Below, in pieces: positions 1-9,949 of a stretch of DNA of 64,000 nt. This stretch comes from an uncultured delta proteobacterium (GTDB taxonomy: Bacteria; Myxococcota_A; Polyangia; Polyangiales; Polyangiaceae). The stretch is taken from contig CAWDXG010000001.1 in NCBI GenBank assembly GCA_963806225.1, positions 160,001 to 224,000 on the forward strand, given 5' to 3'. The notes beneath the pieces are model-generated. The model worked only from the letters and a program-made list of their open reading frames with translations. It was not told the origin of the DNA and made no database searches. The stretch's first letter is position 1; each line of letters begins with the position of its first letter. The position numbers were made by a program, and so were the translations under genes.

Positions 1-2
1 AC

Positions 3-626
3 ATCACGGGCGAGCTGTATTTTGCCACCGCGCACCAGCTGGCGACGGCCTGGGACCCGGACGGGCAGTGCGACTTCTCGGGATCGGGGGACGGCACGAT
101 CTTCTATCCGGGCAAGCCGTCTATCATCGGCGGCACCAAGGACATCCCCATCGAGTCGATCCGGATGAAGCTGATTCGGGAGGGGATGGAGGACTACGAA
201 TACCTCGTCCAGGCCGCCAAGAAGGACCCGGCCAAGGCCCACCAGATCGCGTCGACGCTGTTTCCGCACCCCTGGGACACGCACAAGCCGGCGGCCGACA
301 TCGAGAAGGCCCGGGACACGCTGTTCGCCCTGCTCGACAGCCCATCCTCGGGGAGCGCCGGAGGAGCGAGCGGCAGCGGCGGCACAGCGGCAGCGGGTGG
401 AGCGGGCGGCTCTGCCGCGGGGGGCAGCGGCGGCATCGACGGTGGAGCCGCGGCCGGAGGGGGAGGCGGCTCCGCGGGCGGGTCGGGAGCGTCGTCGGGT
501 TCGAACAGCGGCGGCTGCGGCTGTCGCGCTGCGGGGAACCCGCTACGCGGCGATGTCTGGTGGGCGCTGTTTCCGATAGCATGGGGTGTGGTTCGGCGGC
601 GGCGTGCCCGGCGTCGAGCGCATTAA
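3..626 (+). CDS. 5'-truncated DUF4091 (GH123-like C-terminal) domain protein with MYXO-CTERM tail
   Basis: Frame open from base 3: GDGTIFYPG...IESIRMKLIREGMEDYEYL motif, Gly/Ser linker, then GGCGC + hydrophobic helix + RRRR. Confidence 0.75.
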   Translation: MTGELYFATAHQLATAWDPDGQCDFSGSGDGTIFYPGKPSIIGGTKDIPIESIRMKLIREGMEDYEYLVQAAKKDPAKAHQIASTLFPHPWDTHKPAADIEKARDTLFALLDSPSSGSAGGASGSGGTAAAGGAGGSAAGGSGGIDGGAAAGGGGGSAGGSGASSGSNSGGCGCRAAGNPLRGDVWWALFPIAWGVVRRRRARRRAH

Positions 627-656
627 CACGCGCACCCGGCGCGGCATCCATCGACT

Positions 657-1364
657 GTGAACCGCGTTACCACGATCCTGATCCCGTTGGCGACGGCCGT
701 CCTCGGCGGCGTGGTCGGGGGGCTTATTACCCAACACAGTGCGGCGTCACCGGCCAAGGCGGTCCAGAGCGCCGATGCCAATTCCGTCGAGCCGGGCACG
801 GACGGAACGTTGACCGATCGCGTGGCGGCGCTGGAGAGCCAGGTCGCCCGGCTCAAGCGCGAGAAGAATGCGATTGCCGCGCTGAGGGCGTACGGCTCCG
901 CGATGGCCGCCAACCGGCGTCCCCCAGACGCGGGTGCGGCGCCGAGCACGGCGGTGGACGATCCCGTGTTCCAGACCGCCGTCGAGGACATCATCGACCG
1001 GACACGGCAGGAGAGGCGACAGCAGCGCATGCAGCGCTTCACCCAGCGCGTCAACGATCGTCTCACCAGCGAGCTCAAGCTCGATCCGGCGCAGCAGCAG
1101 AAGATAGCCCAGGCGATCCAGGACTTCATGCAGAAGGTCCGCGACATGTGGGAAAATCGCGACGCCGACGGCGGACTCGATCGCACTGCCCGGCGCCAAC
1201 AGATGCAGAAGCTCCGCGACGACGCGCGGAAGAAGATTTCGGGCTCGCTCCGCTCCGACCAGCTCGACAAGTTCCAGAGCATGGATCGCGTGTTGCCGTT
1301 CGGAGGCCGGGGTGGGCGCCGCGGCGGCGGCAACGGCGGCGGCAACCCCCAGCAGCAGCAGTAG
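657..1364 (+). CDS. Hypothetical protein, N-terminal TM/signal plus coiled coil (Spy/CpxP-like helical repeat)
   Basis: Hydrophobic N-terminus; ELKLDPAQQQKI...LRSDQLDKF LTxxQ-like motifs; good codon pattern. Confidence 0.6.
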   Translation: MNRVTTILIPLATAVLGGVVGGLITQHSAASPAKAVQSADANSVEPGTDGTLTDRVAALESQVARLKREKNAIAALRAYGSAMAANRRPPDAGAAPSTAVDDPVFQTAVEDIIDRTRQERRQQRMQRFTQRVNDRLTSELKLDPAQQQKIAQAIQDFMQKVRDMWENRDADGGLDRTARRQQMQKLRDDARKKISGSLRSDQLDKFQSMDRVLPFGGRGGRRGGGNGGGNPQQQQ

Positions 1365-1421
1365 GCGACCGCGACGCGACGCCCCCGATCCGGATTCGAT
1401 CCGCGTGGTACTCTGCTTCGT

Positions 1422-2630
1422 ATGCGGTTCGTTTTCCTGCTGGGTCTGTTGAGTTGTGCAGCGCTGCCGACCGTCGCGGCGTGCGGTTCCAGCGGCAACA
1501 GCGGCGGCGGTGGCGGCGGAATGCCGGATGCCGGCAGCGACACCGGCGCCGGCGGAACCGGGGGCATCGGTGCAGGCGGCGGGACGGCCGGGAATGGAGG
1601 CGCTGCGGGCACAGGGGGCAACGCGGGTACGGGCGGCAGCGCGGGTGCGGGCGGCAGCGCGGGCAGCGGCGGCTCGACGGGGGTTCCGCCCGCCGGCTGG
1701 CTCTACACGAGCGGCAGCCAGATCCTGCAATCGAACGGCAAGACGGGCACGGCGTGGATGGGCCGCGGCGTGAACACCGACGACATCTTCCTGTGCGAGT
1801 ACAACTACCAGCTCTGGATGTCGTCCGCCGGGTCGGAGCAAGCGCTCACGAGCATGCTGTCGGGCCTGATCACCGACTGGAAGCCGAACTTCATCCGCAT
1901 CTCGCTCAGCATGGCGTCCGACCCGGTGACGACGAGCTGGCTCTCGAACCCGGCGCAGTACAAGACGCCGATGACGAACGTGATCAACGGTCTCGGCGCG
2001 AACGCGGGCGTCTACGTGCTGGTCACGCTGCGTAGTGACGCGTCGATGGGCATGCAGGATCAGGTGGACGGCGACCCCGAAGCAACGGGCATCCCCACCA
2101 GCGGCACCAACGTCACGTACCGGGCGCTCGTGGACACGTTCGCGAACAAGAGCTTCGTGCTGTTCGGGATCTCGAACGAGCCCGGAGGCAACAAGCAGTC
2201 GAACGCCACGATCAGGTCCGCCATGGACCACGCCGTCGGCGTGATCCGCGCCGAAGAGGACAAGCTCGGAGTGCCGCACCACATTGTGAGCGTGCAGGGC
2301 AACGGCTGGACGAGCGATATCTCGTTCTACGCGAACGCGCCGCTCTCGTACGACAACGTCGTCTACGAGGTGCACGGCTACCCCCCGCCCGCCAGCTCCT
2401 ACACCTACGCCAACCTGCCGGTGATCGTCGGCGAGTACGGCAGCCTGCCGGATGCCAAGGCATTCTACCAGGACGTCGAGCAGAAGCAGATCCCGAACCT
2501 GGCATGGGACTTCGACGCGTTCAGCGACTGCGCTCCCGATCTGCTGACGGTGACCCACGACGCGTCCACCCTGACGCCGACCGCGTGGGGCAACACGGTC
2601 AAGAGCTACCTGCTCGCGCACGCACCGTGA
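1422..2630 (+). CDS. Glycoside hydrolase family 5 (cellulase-like) lipoprotein
   Basis: Lipobox VAAC, Gly-rich linker, GVN, ISNEPG (acid/base), EVHGY, VIVGEYG (nucleophile), LAW. Confidence 0.85.
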   Translation: MRFVFLLGLLSCAALPTVAACGSSGNSGGGGGGMPDAGSDTGAGGTGGIGAGGGTAGNGGAAGTGGNAGTGGSAGAGGSAGSGGSTGVPPAGWLYTSGSQILQSNGKTGTAWMGRGVNTDDIFLCEYNYQLWMSSAGSEQALTSMLSGLITDWKPNFIRISLSMASDPVTTSWLSNPAQYKTPMTNVINGLGANAGVYVLVTLRSDASMGMQDQVDGDPEATGIPTSGTNVTYRALVDTFANKSFVLFGISNEPGGNKQSNATIRSAMDHAVGVIRAEEDKLGVPHHIVSVQGNGWTSDISFYANAPLSYDNVVYEVHGYPPPASSYTYANLPVIVGEYGSLPDAKAFYQDVEQKQIPNLAWDFDAFSDCAPDLLTVTHDASTLTPTAWGNTVKSYLLAHAP

Positions 2631-2720
2631 CGCCCCACGCGGCCGCTCGGCGCCGGCGCCTCGGTGGTCGGTCGGTTCTAGAGCCTGGACAAGCATACGC
2701 CCCGCGCGCACCATCGAGGC

Positions 2721-4157
2721 GTGCGTCGGCTCGCGGTATGGCTTGCTCTGGCACTCGCAGTGCTCTGGCCCGGCGTGGCGCGCGCCGGCGACACCTGGAC
2801 CACGCCCTATGACGGCGTGCGCCACCTGCACCGCACAACGTCCAGCCCGGTGTGGAACATCCACGCGCTGATCATCGACCTGACCGTGCCGGGGGTGCAT
2901 CTCGAAGCGACGAAATCGTCGCAGCGCAAGCGCACCACTTCCAGCTACCTCAAGCTCGTGGGCGCGCAGGCCGCCGTCAACGGCGACCTGTTCTCCTACT
3001 CCACCTACGGCACCTCGGGCCTGGCAGCTGGCGGCGGCGCACAGTGGTCCGACACCAAGGACAGCACATCCGAGGGCAGCGTCGTCTTCGACAAGCTGAC
3101 CGACCGCGTCGAGATCCACAAGCCGCCCGAGGTCATCAGCTTCGACTCGAGTTGGATGGAGGGAGCGGTCTCCGGGCGCCCGCTTCTGGTCGACGCCGGC
3201 GCGGTGCCGTCGAGCTTCAGCGCGTACGGCGCGTTCTGCACGGGACGCAACCCCCGCACCAGCGCCGGACTGACCCAGGACGGCTCCCAGTTGATCCTGG
3301 CAGTGGTCGACGGCCGGCAGTCGTCGAGCGTCGGCATGACGTGCACCGAGCTCGGCAACCTGCAGAAGGATCTGGGTGCATACGAAGCGCTGAACCTGGA
3401 CGGTGGGGGTTCGTCCACCATGGTTGTCAGCGGTCTGGGCGTGGTGAATTCACCCTCCGACGGCAGCGAGCGCACGGTCGCCAATCACCTCGCCGTGTTC
3501 GCGCCGCCGTCCGGCACGGTCGCGACGCTGCAAGGCGCCGTCTTCGAGAACCCCGATCCGACGCACGTGCTGGCGGGCGCCAAGGTCGCGATCGCGGGTG
3601 GAGCCAGCGACACCACGGACTCGACCGGCGCCTACCGGATCCTCGTCCAGCCAGGCAGCTACACGCTGACCGCGACGCTCTCCGGCTACGTATCGGCTTC
3701 GGTCACCCGGACCGTCGCCGCCGGCGCTACCGTCACGGCCGACATCGGGCTCGATCCCTCGTCGACGGCCACCGACGGGGATGGGGACGGCGTGGTCGAC
3801 GCCAAGGACAACTGCATCGACCAGCCCAATCCCGATCAGCTCGACACCGACGGCGATGGCCAGGGCAACGCCTGCGACGGTGACGACGACGGCGACGGCG
3901 TGTTCGACGAGGACGACAACTGCCCGCTGGTCGCCAACGCCGATCAGACCGATACCGATGGCAACGGCGTCGGGGATGCCTGTGAAGGCACCGACGGCGG
4001 GGCCGGATCGGGGGGTATCCAGCAGCACACACGCGTGCTGGGCAGCGACCCGGGCTGCAACTGCCGGCTCGCACCCCCGCACGGTCCGGCCGGCACGCCT
4101 TGGCTGCTGTCGGTCTGGGCGCTCCTCGCCTGGCGGCGGCGGCGCCGGCGGAGCTAG
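2721..4157 (+). CDS. Phosphodiester glycosidase (NAGPA/DUF2233) with carboxypeptidase-regulatory-like domain, TSP3 repeats and MYXO-CTERM
   Basis: [43 protein letters not shown] repeats; GCNC...WRRRRRRS tail. Confidence 0.85.
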   Translation: MRRLAVWLALALAVLWPGVARAGDTWTTPYDGVRHLHRTTSSPVWNIHALIIDLTVPGVHLEATKSSQRKRTTSSYLKLVGAQAAVNGDLFSYSTYGTSGLAAGGGAQWSDTKDSTSEGSVVFDKLTDRVEIHKPPEVISFDSSWMEGAVSGRPLLVDAGAVPSSFSAYGAFCTGRNPRTSAGLTQDGSQLILAVVDGRQSSSVGMTCTELGNLQKDLGAYEALNLDGGGSSTMVVSGLGVVNSPSDGSERTVANHLAVFAPPSGTVATLQGAVFENPDPTHVLAGAKVAIAGGASDTTDSTGAYRILVQPGSYTLTATLSGYVSASVTRTVAAGATVTADIGLDPSSTATDGDGDGVVDAKDNCIDQPNPDQLDTDGDGQGNACDGDDDGDGVFDEDDNCPLVANADQTDTDGNGVGDACEGTDGGAGSGGIQQHTRVLGSDPGCNCRLAPPHGPAGTPWLLSVWALLAWRRRRRRS

Positions 4158-4197
4158 AGCCCGGGATCATCGCGCCTGGCGCACCTCGTGCGTGGGG

Positions 4198-4823
4198 CTA
4201 CATCGGCGCGATGGACGCGCTCTTGCCGCTGACCTTCATACGGTACATCCACAGCTGACCCACTTGCCGTTCTTGTTGCGGTACACCGTGGGCGCCCAGA
4301 AGCCGGAGCTCGCCTTCTTCCACGGAGCCGAGCCGAGCGCGGTGTCCACCTTGCTCCAGCTGAGGAGGTCCTTCGACGAACGCCGCCGCACCGTCCCGCC
4401 GGTCGCGAACGCGAAGTACGTATCGCCGCGCCGCACGATGAACGGATCCGCCCAGCCCGTCGCGAACACGGGATTGGACGGCACGCGGCAGCACGACGCG
4501 CAGTCCGACGAGGCCAGGTTCACGAGCCCCGCACAGTCCGCCGCCGCCGCGCCGCAGCGATCGCCGCCGGCCTGCTTGCAGGTGACGGAAACGGAACCGC
4601 CGGCGCCACTGCTCCCCGCCGCACCGCCCATTCCCGCGGAGCCCCCGGAGCCCGCCGTGCCTCCCGCGCCGCCAGCGTCGCTCGCATCGGTCGCGCCACC
4701 GTCCTGTGACGCGCCGGCTGCGCCCGCGGCTCCGCCCGCGCTGGACGCAGGCGGACCAGCCTCGCCAGACGAGCAACCGATCAGGAGCAGAGCGGCAAGT
4801 AAGAAAGCGCGACGCAGTGACAT
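4198..4823 (-). pseudogene. GH43 family lipoprotein with large internal deletion
   Basis: Lipobox LIGC; NPVF..WADPFI...FWAPTV first blades, then stop at 4236; adjacent frame gives C-terminus-like QLWMYRMKVSGKSASIAPM ending 4198. Confidence 0.6.
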
Positions 4824-4899
4824 CGACGACCAGCGTATCCGGACTGCACACGAGGGCAACTAGTGTGCAGTACGAGCGCGTAATCCGGATGAACGCCCT

Positions 4900-5040
4900 C
4901 GCGTCGAGCCCGGGCTGCGCGACGTCAACCCGGCCGACGGCGTCTACGACTGGGCGAGCGTCGACACCATCGTCGATGCCGTGCACGCCATGGGGCCCGG
5001 CGCAGGCTTCGGCCTGTGGCCCGGGTACGGCGCCTACCGC
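4900..5040 (+). pseudogene. Startless fragment of a clan GH-A-type glycoside hydrolase
   Basis: Frame of 4921 reads DVNPADGVYDWASVDTIVDAVHAMG; in-frame TAG at 4861 and no start upstream of the motif. Confidence 0.4.
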
Positions 5041-5100
5041 TCAGGGCGCCGTTTGCCCCCACGAGGCTCTGCAAGCTGTCCGGGGATCGTGCTCGCTGAT

Positions 5101-5913
5101 CTAGAACCGCATCGAGGCGAAGCCCATCGCTCCGCCCGGAAGTGGAGTCACGCCGATGGATGGCAGGCGCACTCTTGCCAAGCGATTCGCGTCGGACTTC
5201 ATCGTCCGATAGGCCTGCCATGAGGACTCTTCCAGGCTCCATTCGAGCAGGAGCCGCACGCTGATTGTGGTGACTGGTGCCCCGGTACCCATCAGCACGC
5301 CGCCCCAGGTGTATTGCGCTTTGCGCGACATCCCCAAGACACCTTCGTGCGCGAGCAACAGGCCCAAGCCCGCGGCCAGTGTGACCGCGCCGCCAACCAA
5401 CATCGTGGTTCCCACCACGATCCGCTTGCGGCGGCTGCTTTCCGCGGCCTGCCGCCACTCGTTCTCGATCTCGCGGATCGTGGCCTTGCTCTGGGCGTTC
5501 GCGGGCCTGCTCCGGAACTTGTCGTGAATTTCATCCATCCGCGTGGGGATCAGCAGCAGTGGCACCGAGGCGAGTTGCGCGGAGCCGCCGACGATCATGC
5601 CGATCACCAGCGCTCGAGAGACGCCGTCGGACCGTCCGAGGAGCACGATGCCCGACGGGACGAGCGCTGACCCGACCCCCAGCCCGGTCAGCGCCGAGGC
5701 CAAGCGTGTGCGGTTTGCCTCCGCGGCGTAGAGATCAAGCTCCGCACCGAGACGCTGCAGATCCACTGCAACCGACTGTGGCTGACCCTCGGGCTTGCCC
5801 GCGCTCGAATCCGACTTTTTCCGGGGTTCGTCCTCGGCCGAAGCGCGCGTCGTCGAACCGAGAGCAATGGAGCACGCGAGCAGACCAACAACCGCGCGGT
5901 GACCAACACGCAT
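5101..5913 (-). CDS. Hypothetical secreted/membrane protein
   Basis: Signal peptide, Gly-rich hydrophobic hairpins, C-terminal GVTPLPGGAMGFASMRF typical of myxobacterial envelope proteins. Confidence 0.65.
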   Translation of the reverse strand: MRVGHRAVVGLLACSIALGSTTRASAEDEPRKKSDSSAGKPEGQPQSVAVDLQRLGAELDLYAAEANRTRLASALTGLGVGSALVPSGIVLLGRSDGVSRALVIGMIVGGSAQLASVPLLLIPTRMDEIHDKFRSRPANAQSKATIREIENEWRQAAESSRRKRIVVGTTMLVGGAVTLAAGLGLLLAHEGVLGMSRKAQYTWGGVLMGTGAPVTTISVRLLLEWSLEESSWQAYRTMKSDANRLARVRLPSIGVTPLPGGAMGFASMRF

Positions 5914-6100
5914 ACTGTGCGCGTATCACGATTGCGCCGCATGATCCTGCAAATGGTAGGGAGCCGGGGCAATGCGAGCGCGCCCGCCGTCAGTCCCGCA
6001 ACAAGCTGCGGGTGGCGGTGCGGCAGCCGCGCGTCTATTGCCCGACCAGCCAGCCCACGGCCGCGCTCGCCCCGATCTCTTTATCGCCCGGATCTGGGCT

Positions 6101-7075
6101 ATGCCGTCAGCGCCGATGCTGTCCGACCCCCGCCACCAGAACGAGCCGTTTCCGTACTTCCGCTGCGATCGCGCTTTTGCATCGGAAGCGTGCGCGGGCT
6201 TCGAGGAGCTGTTCGCCGCCGGGGCAGCCTGGCAGGCGCGTGACGATTCGTTCTACAGCTGCTTCCTGCGCGACGTCACGGCGGAGCTCCCCGCGGAGCT
6301 GCTGCTCGACGCGGCCGCCCGCATGCGCGCGATCACCGGGCTACCCCTGACCGACCAGGTCGTGGTCAGCGCCCAGCGCATGGATCCCGGGCAGGTGGTG
6401 GGCGTGCACAGCGATCGGCCGTTGCTCGGCTACGAGGCAGCGCGGGTGGTGCTGCAGCTGAACCGCGGCTGGCGCCGCGAACACGGAGGACTGCTCGAGC
6501 TCTACGACTCGCCGGAAGGTCTGCCGGTCGCAGAGGTGGAGCCCGTGTACAACGCGGCCTTCGGGTTCGTGCTGCATGAAGGGTCGTATCACGGTGTTGC
6601 GCGGGTGAGCCGGACGCGGCGTTCGCTCGTGTTCAACTTCTGGCACGTGGCGAACACTCCGGAGCTGGCTGATGCCGTGGGTGCGCTCTTTGCCGACCTG
6701 CACTTCTCGGAGCTGCCCGCGGCGCTTGATCCGGTCGCCACCGAGGCCGAGTCGCAACTGCCGGAGGACGTCACGTTCCGGGCCAGCCTGACGGCGCTGG
6801 CCCTGCACCGCTGGGGTTACGACGCCGCCGCGGTCGTCAGCGGTTATCGCTTCGGTGCGGGGCTTGCTCCCGCCGCCGCCGACATCGCGGACGCCGCCGT
6901 GGACGAGCGGGGCGCCGCGGTTCGTCTGGCGGACTGGGTCGCGCGCCTGAAGACCGGGTGCTTCGATCTGCAGCGATGGCAGGAGCTCCGGCGCACCCTC
7001 GCCGGCGCGCCGCCGCCACCACGCCTGCTGCCGCTCTGGAACCTCTGTCTGCCCGCCGATCGCGCGCGCGGCTGA
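6101..7075 (+). CDS. 2OG-Fe(II) oxygenase
   Basis: HSD (HxD)...LQLNRGW...GGLLEL...SYHGV...R.S facial-triad and 2OG motifs; start uncertain. Confidence 0.8.
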   Translation: MPSAPMLSDPRHQNEPFPYFRCDRAFASEACAGFEELFAAGAAWQARDDSFYSCFLRDVTAELPAELLLDAAARMRAITGLPLTDQVVVSAQRMDPGQVVGVHSDRPLLGYEAARVVLQLNRGWRREHGGLLELYDSPEGLPVAEVEPVYNAAFGFVLHEGSYHGVARVSRTRRSLVFNFWHVANTPELADAVGALFADLHFSELPAALDPVATEAESQLPEDVTFRASLTALALHRWGYDAAAVVSGYRFGAGLAPAAADIADAAVDERGAAVRLADWVARLKTGCFDLQRWQELRRTLAGAPPPPRLLPLWNLCLPADRARG

Positions 7076-7703
7076 GCAGGGCCACGGTGCCCCAGGCCGT
7101 AGCGTCCTTCGCGATCTGGATGGGCGCCGTGTCCACCGCAGCGAGGCTCGACGAGAAGCGCTGTGCGAACACCGAAGCGGTGTTCGCGTTCGTCTCGGTC
7201 CAGGTCGCGACCAGGCTTGCCCCATCGGGTGCCAGGGCGACCTGATCCACCCCATCCACGGCGCTGCGGAGGACCACGGGCGACGCCGCCTGGTTGGTGG
7301 CGTCGATGCGCGCGGCGGAAACATGCGTGGGATCACCCCATGCCACGAGGAAGTGCGCCCCGTCGAAGGCGACGTCCGGAGCCTTCGCGGACGTCGTACC
7401 GAGAGGCGCGGCCCCCTGTTTGCGGGTGCCATCCGCCGCGACCCGCGTGAGATGGATCCCGCCGCCGCCTTCGAGCTCGAAGGCGACCAGGAAGCCGCCA
7501 GTCGTGTTCGAGGCGAGGCGCGGGTTCACGCCGGGAACGGGCGAGTAGGTCGGAGCGGCGATGGGTAGCGCCGGACCGATCTGCGGCGTGCCCGAAGTGC
7601 GTTGGCGAGCGCTGGCCAGCGGCTCGTGCCCTGCGCTGCCGCAACCCAGAGCCACAACAGCGAGCGCGACGGCACCGAAGCGAAGCAACGATCCCTTTCC
7701 CAC
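7072..7703 (-). pseudogene. Lipoprotein with beta-propeller-like repeats, apparently 3'-truncated
   Basis: Lipobox ALGC; PDVAFDGAHFLVAW-type repeats; protein-like sequence ends near 7075 and the frame runs on antisense into the oxygenase to 6837. Confidence 0.5.
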
Positions 7704-7835
7704 AGGATCATCCTGGAGCAGCGCGGCGCACCCTGCTACGCGCCGCGCTGGAGCCGTCTCCGCGCGACAATTCCCCTCATCTATTGCGTGACACCTGTTC
7801 AGCAGACTCGTACCAGCGGCCGTGGGACAGGATGC

Positions 7836-8120
7836 CTAGAGCCACAAGCCCACGGCCGCGCTCGCCCCGACCGAAAGCGCCAGGACCACGCCCATCCACG
7901 CCATGCCGCGCACGACACCGCCCAGGGAGCGGCGGGTGCGGATGAAGTGGATGGGGATGCAGATCGGGTTGAACACGACGACCGCGACCCAGAAGCTCGC
8001 GTCGTTCCAGGCGCGCTCCTGTTGGTCTGGTGGAAGTCGTCGCATGTCGCGCCGGAGCACCCACCAGGTGAGCAGGATGCCGAGCGCGAGCTGGAGCGAG
8101 AACTGGACGACGGCGGCCAA
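7836..8120 (-). CDS. Small membrane protein (about 3 TM)
   Basis: 94 aa with three hydrophobic segments, downstream of the pseudokinase gene. Confidence 0.6.
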   Translation of the reverse strand: MAAVVQFSLQLALGILLTWWVLRRDMRRLPPDQQERAWNDASFWVAVVVFNPICIPIHFIRTRRSLGGVVRGMAWMGVVLALSVGASAAVGLWL

Positions 8121-8167
8121 GGCCAGACTTCACAGGCGATCGCGCGCCGGAACGGACGCACGCGGAC

Positions 8168-9775
8168 TCAGGGCGTCTGCAGCGTCTTGACGTACGCCTC
8201 GAAGGCGCTTTCCTCGCCGCCCTGCGGCGGCCCCTTGTGCCGGTACTGTTCGGCGCGGTGCTTGTTCACCTCGCACTGGACGGCCTTCTTGTAGCTGGCG
8301 AGCGGTTGGGCATGCGGCTGTCCGGCTACGACCGTGCGGCCGAGCTCCCGGAGCGCCTGGTCCATGGGCGGGCACCCCGCCGCGGGCTTGGGCAGCTCGA
8401 GCGGCGTGGCTTCCGTGCAACACCCGCTGCGGATCACCGCGTAGGCCGCCATGTCGTACCAGCCGAGCTTGCTGAACAGCTTCATCGCGTCGGTCACGTT
8501 GCCGTGCGGAGCGCTCGTCACGATCGCCGTGCGCAGCTTGCCGGCGCCTTCGCGGGGGTCCGTCTCGTTGCACATCCAGCCGAGATCCGGCGTCTTGCCG
8601 AATGCTCCTTGCGGCAGGTAGCCCGCCACACACGCTGCCGCGTGGTCGCCGCCCTTCATTCCGGAGCCCTTGCCCGTCACGGGAACGTCCGACAGCTTGA
8701 TCTCCTTGGCCGAGGCCGGAGTGGCTGGCTTGGCCGAAGGGGGGACGTGCACCACCTTCACCTTGGGTCGCGCGCGGAACGCGGAGACGCCCCAGGCCGC
8801 GGCGAGCCCCAACAGGATCGCGCCGACCGCGAACATGGGAATCAGCCGGCGCCGCGGAATTCCTGTCGGCTCCTTGCTCGTCGAGACCGCGGGCACGCCG
8901 CTCTGCGAGACCGGGGGCGGTCGCGAGTTGCTCGCGCCGGGCGGCAGAGGCGGCGGTGGATGCGAGGGGTCGTGGTGCAGCCCCGAGTCGTCGGCGTGAT
9001 CCACGAACCAGCGCGCCAGCTCCCGCTTGAACGGCCTCAGGTCGTGGCTGCGCGCGTCGAAGCTGTGGTTGAGCGCGTGAAGCAGCGTGGCCCGCAGCAC
9101 GTCGTCCGAGACGCCCGCCTGGTCCAGCTCTTCCAGCGAGGACAGCCCGTGCGCTGGCGGCGGCGCTCCCACGAGCATCTCGTACAGAAGTCCCGCAACG
9201 GCCCAGGTGTCGTCCGATTCCGAAGGCGGGCCGCTCTCGCCGCGCTCGGGCGAATGGAACGGTGTGGGCCCGGTGAGCGGCGGCACGAAGCCCAGCACGG
9301 GTGCCGCACGACCCTCGGGGGTCAGCACCACGCCCGCACCCCGCACGCAGCCGTGGACCCCGCCGGTGTCGTGCACGTGCGACAGCGCGTCGGCGACCCG
9401 CAGAGCCGACCGCACCGCGTCCAGAGGCGTCTTCTTGACTACGGCCTGCAGCCGTTGCTCCAGGGTCTCGCCCGGGACGAGCTCGGCCACCACGACCGCA
9501 TCGCCGCCGTCGCGGGGCAGGACGTCGAACAGCGTGGCCAGGTGCGCATGCGGGAGGCCGACCACCTTGTCCAGCCCGGCCGCGTCCGCCGCGGGCAGGG
9601 CGAACAGGATCACGCGCTTCTCTGTCTGCTCGTCGGTGCCCAGGTAGGCCGGCCCTGCACCTTCCAGGGACAGCGGTTCGTCCACCAGGTAGCGGGAAGC
9701 CAGCTTCTGGCCGACGGCTAGCTCGAATGACGACGACCCTTCCAAAACGACCCCTGACCGCTCGGAGCGTGTCAC
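8168..9775 (-). CDS. Membrane-anchored Ser/Thr kinase-like protein (probable pseudokinase)
   Basis: Kinase scaffold (ELVPGETL, HSPE, DTWAVAGLLYEMLVG) but VILF for VAIK, HGC for HRD, LGF for DFG; TM plus Cys-containing outer domain; start uncertain. Confidence 0.75.
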   Translation of the reverse strand: MTRSERSGVVLEGSSSFELAVGQKLASRYLVDEPLSLEGAGPAYLGTDEQTEKRVILFALPAADAAGLDKVVGLPHAHLATLFDVLPRDGGDAVVVAELVPGETLEQRLQAVVKKTPLDAVRSALRVADALSHVHDTGGVHGCVRGAGVVLTPEGRAAPVLGFVPPLTGPTPFHSPERGESGPPSESDDTWAVAGLLYEMLVGAPPPAHGLSSLEELDQAGVSDDVLRATLLHALNHSFDARSHDLRPFKRELARWFVDHADDSGLHHDPSHPPPPLPPGASNSRPPPVSQSGVPAVSTSKEPTGIPRRRLIPMFAVGAILLGLAAAWGVSAFRARPKVKVVHVPPSAKPATPASAKEIKLSDVPVTGKGSGMKGGDHAAACVAGYLPQGAFGKTPDLGWMCNETDPREGAGKLRTAIVTSAPHGNVTDAMKLFSKLGWYDMAAYAVIRSGCCTEATPLELPKPAAGCPPMDQALRELGRTVVAGQPHAQPLASYKKAVQCEVNKHRAEQYRHKGPPQGGEESAFEAYVKTLQTP

Positions 9776-9949
9776 TTCCGTTCCCCAGCGTCTACCGCCT
9801 GGAGCCCTTCGCACGAGGATCGTCATGCGCCGGAAGGCCAGGCGCGGCGATCCGGCCCGGGGTGCAGTGCCGACGCGCCGCGGTGCGGCGGTGGGGTCCG
9901 GGCTCGACATGGGGCGGCGCGCCGCCGACCGCTCGTCTAGGCTCGGGGA

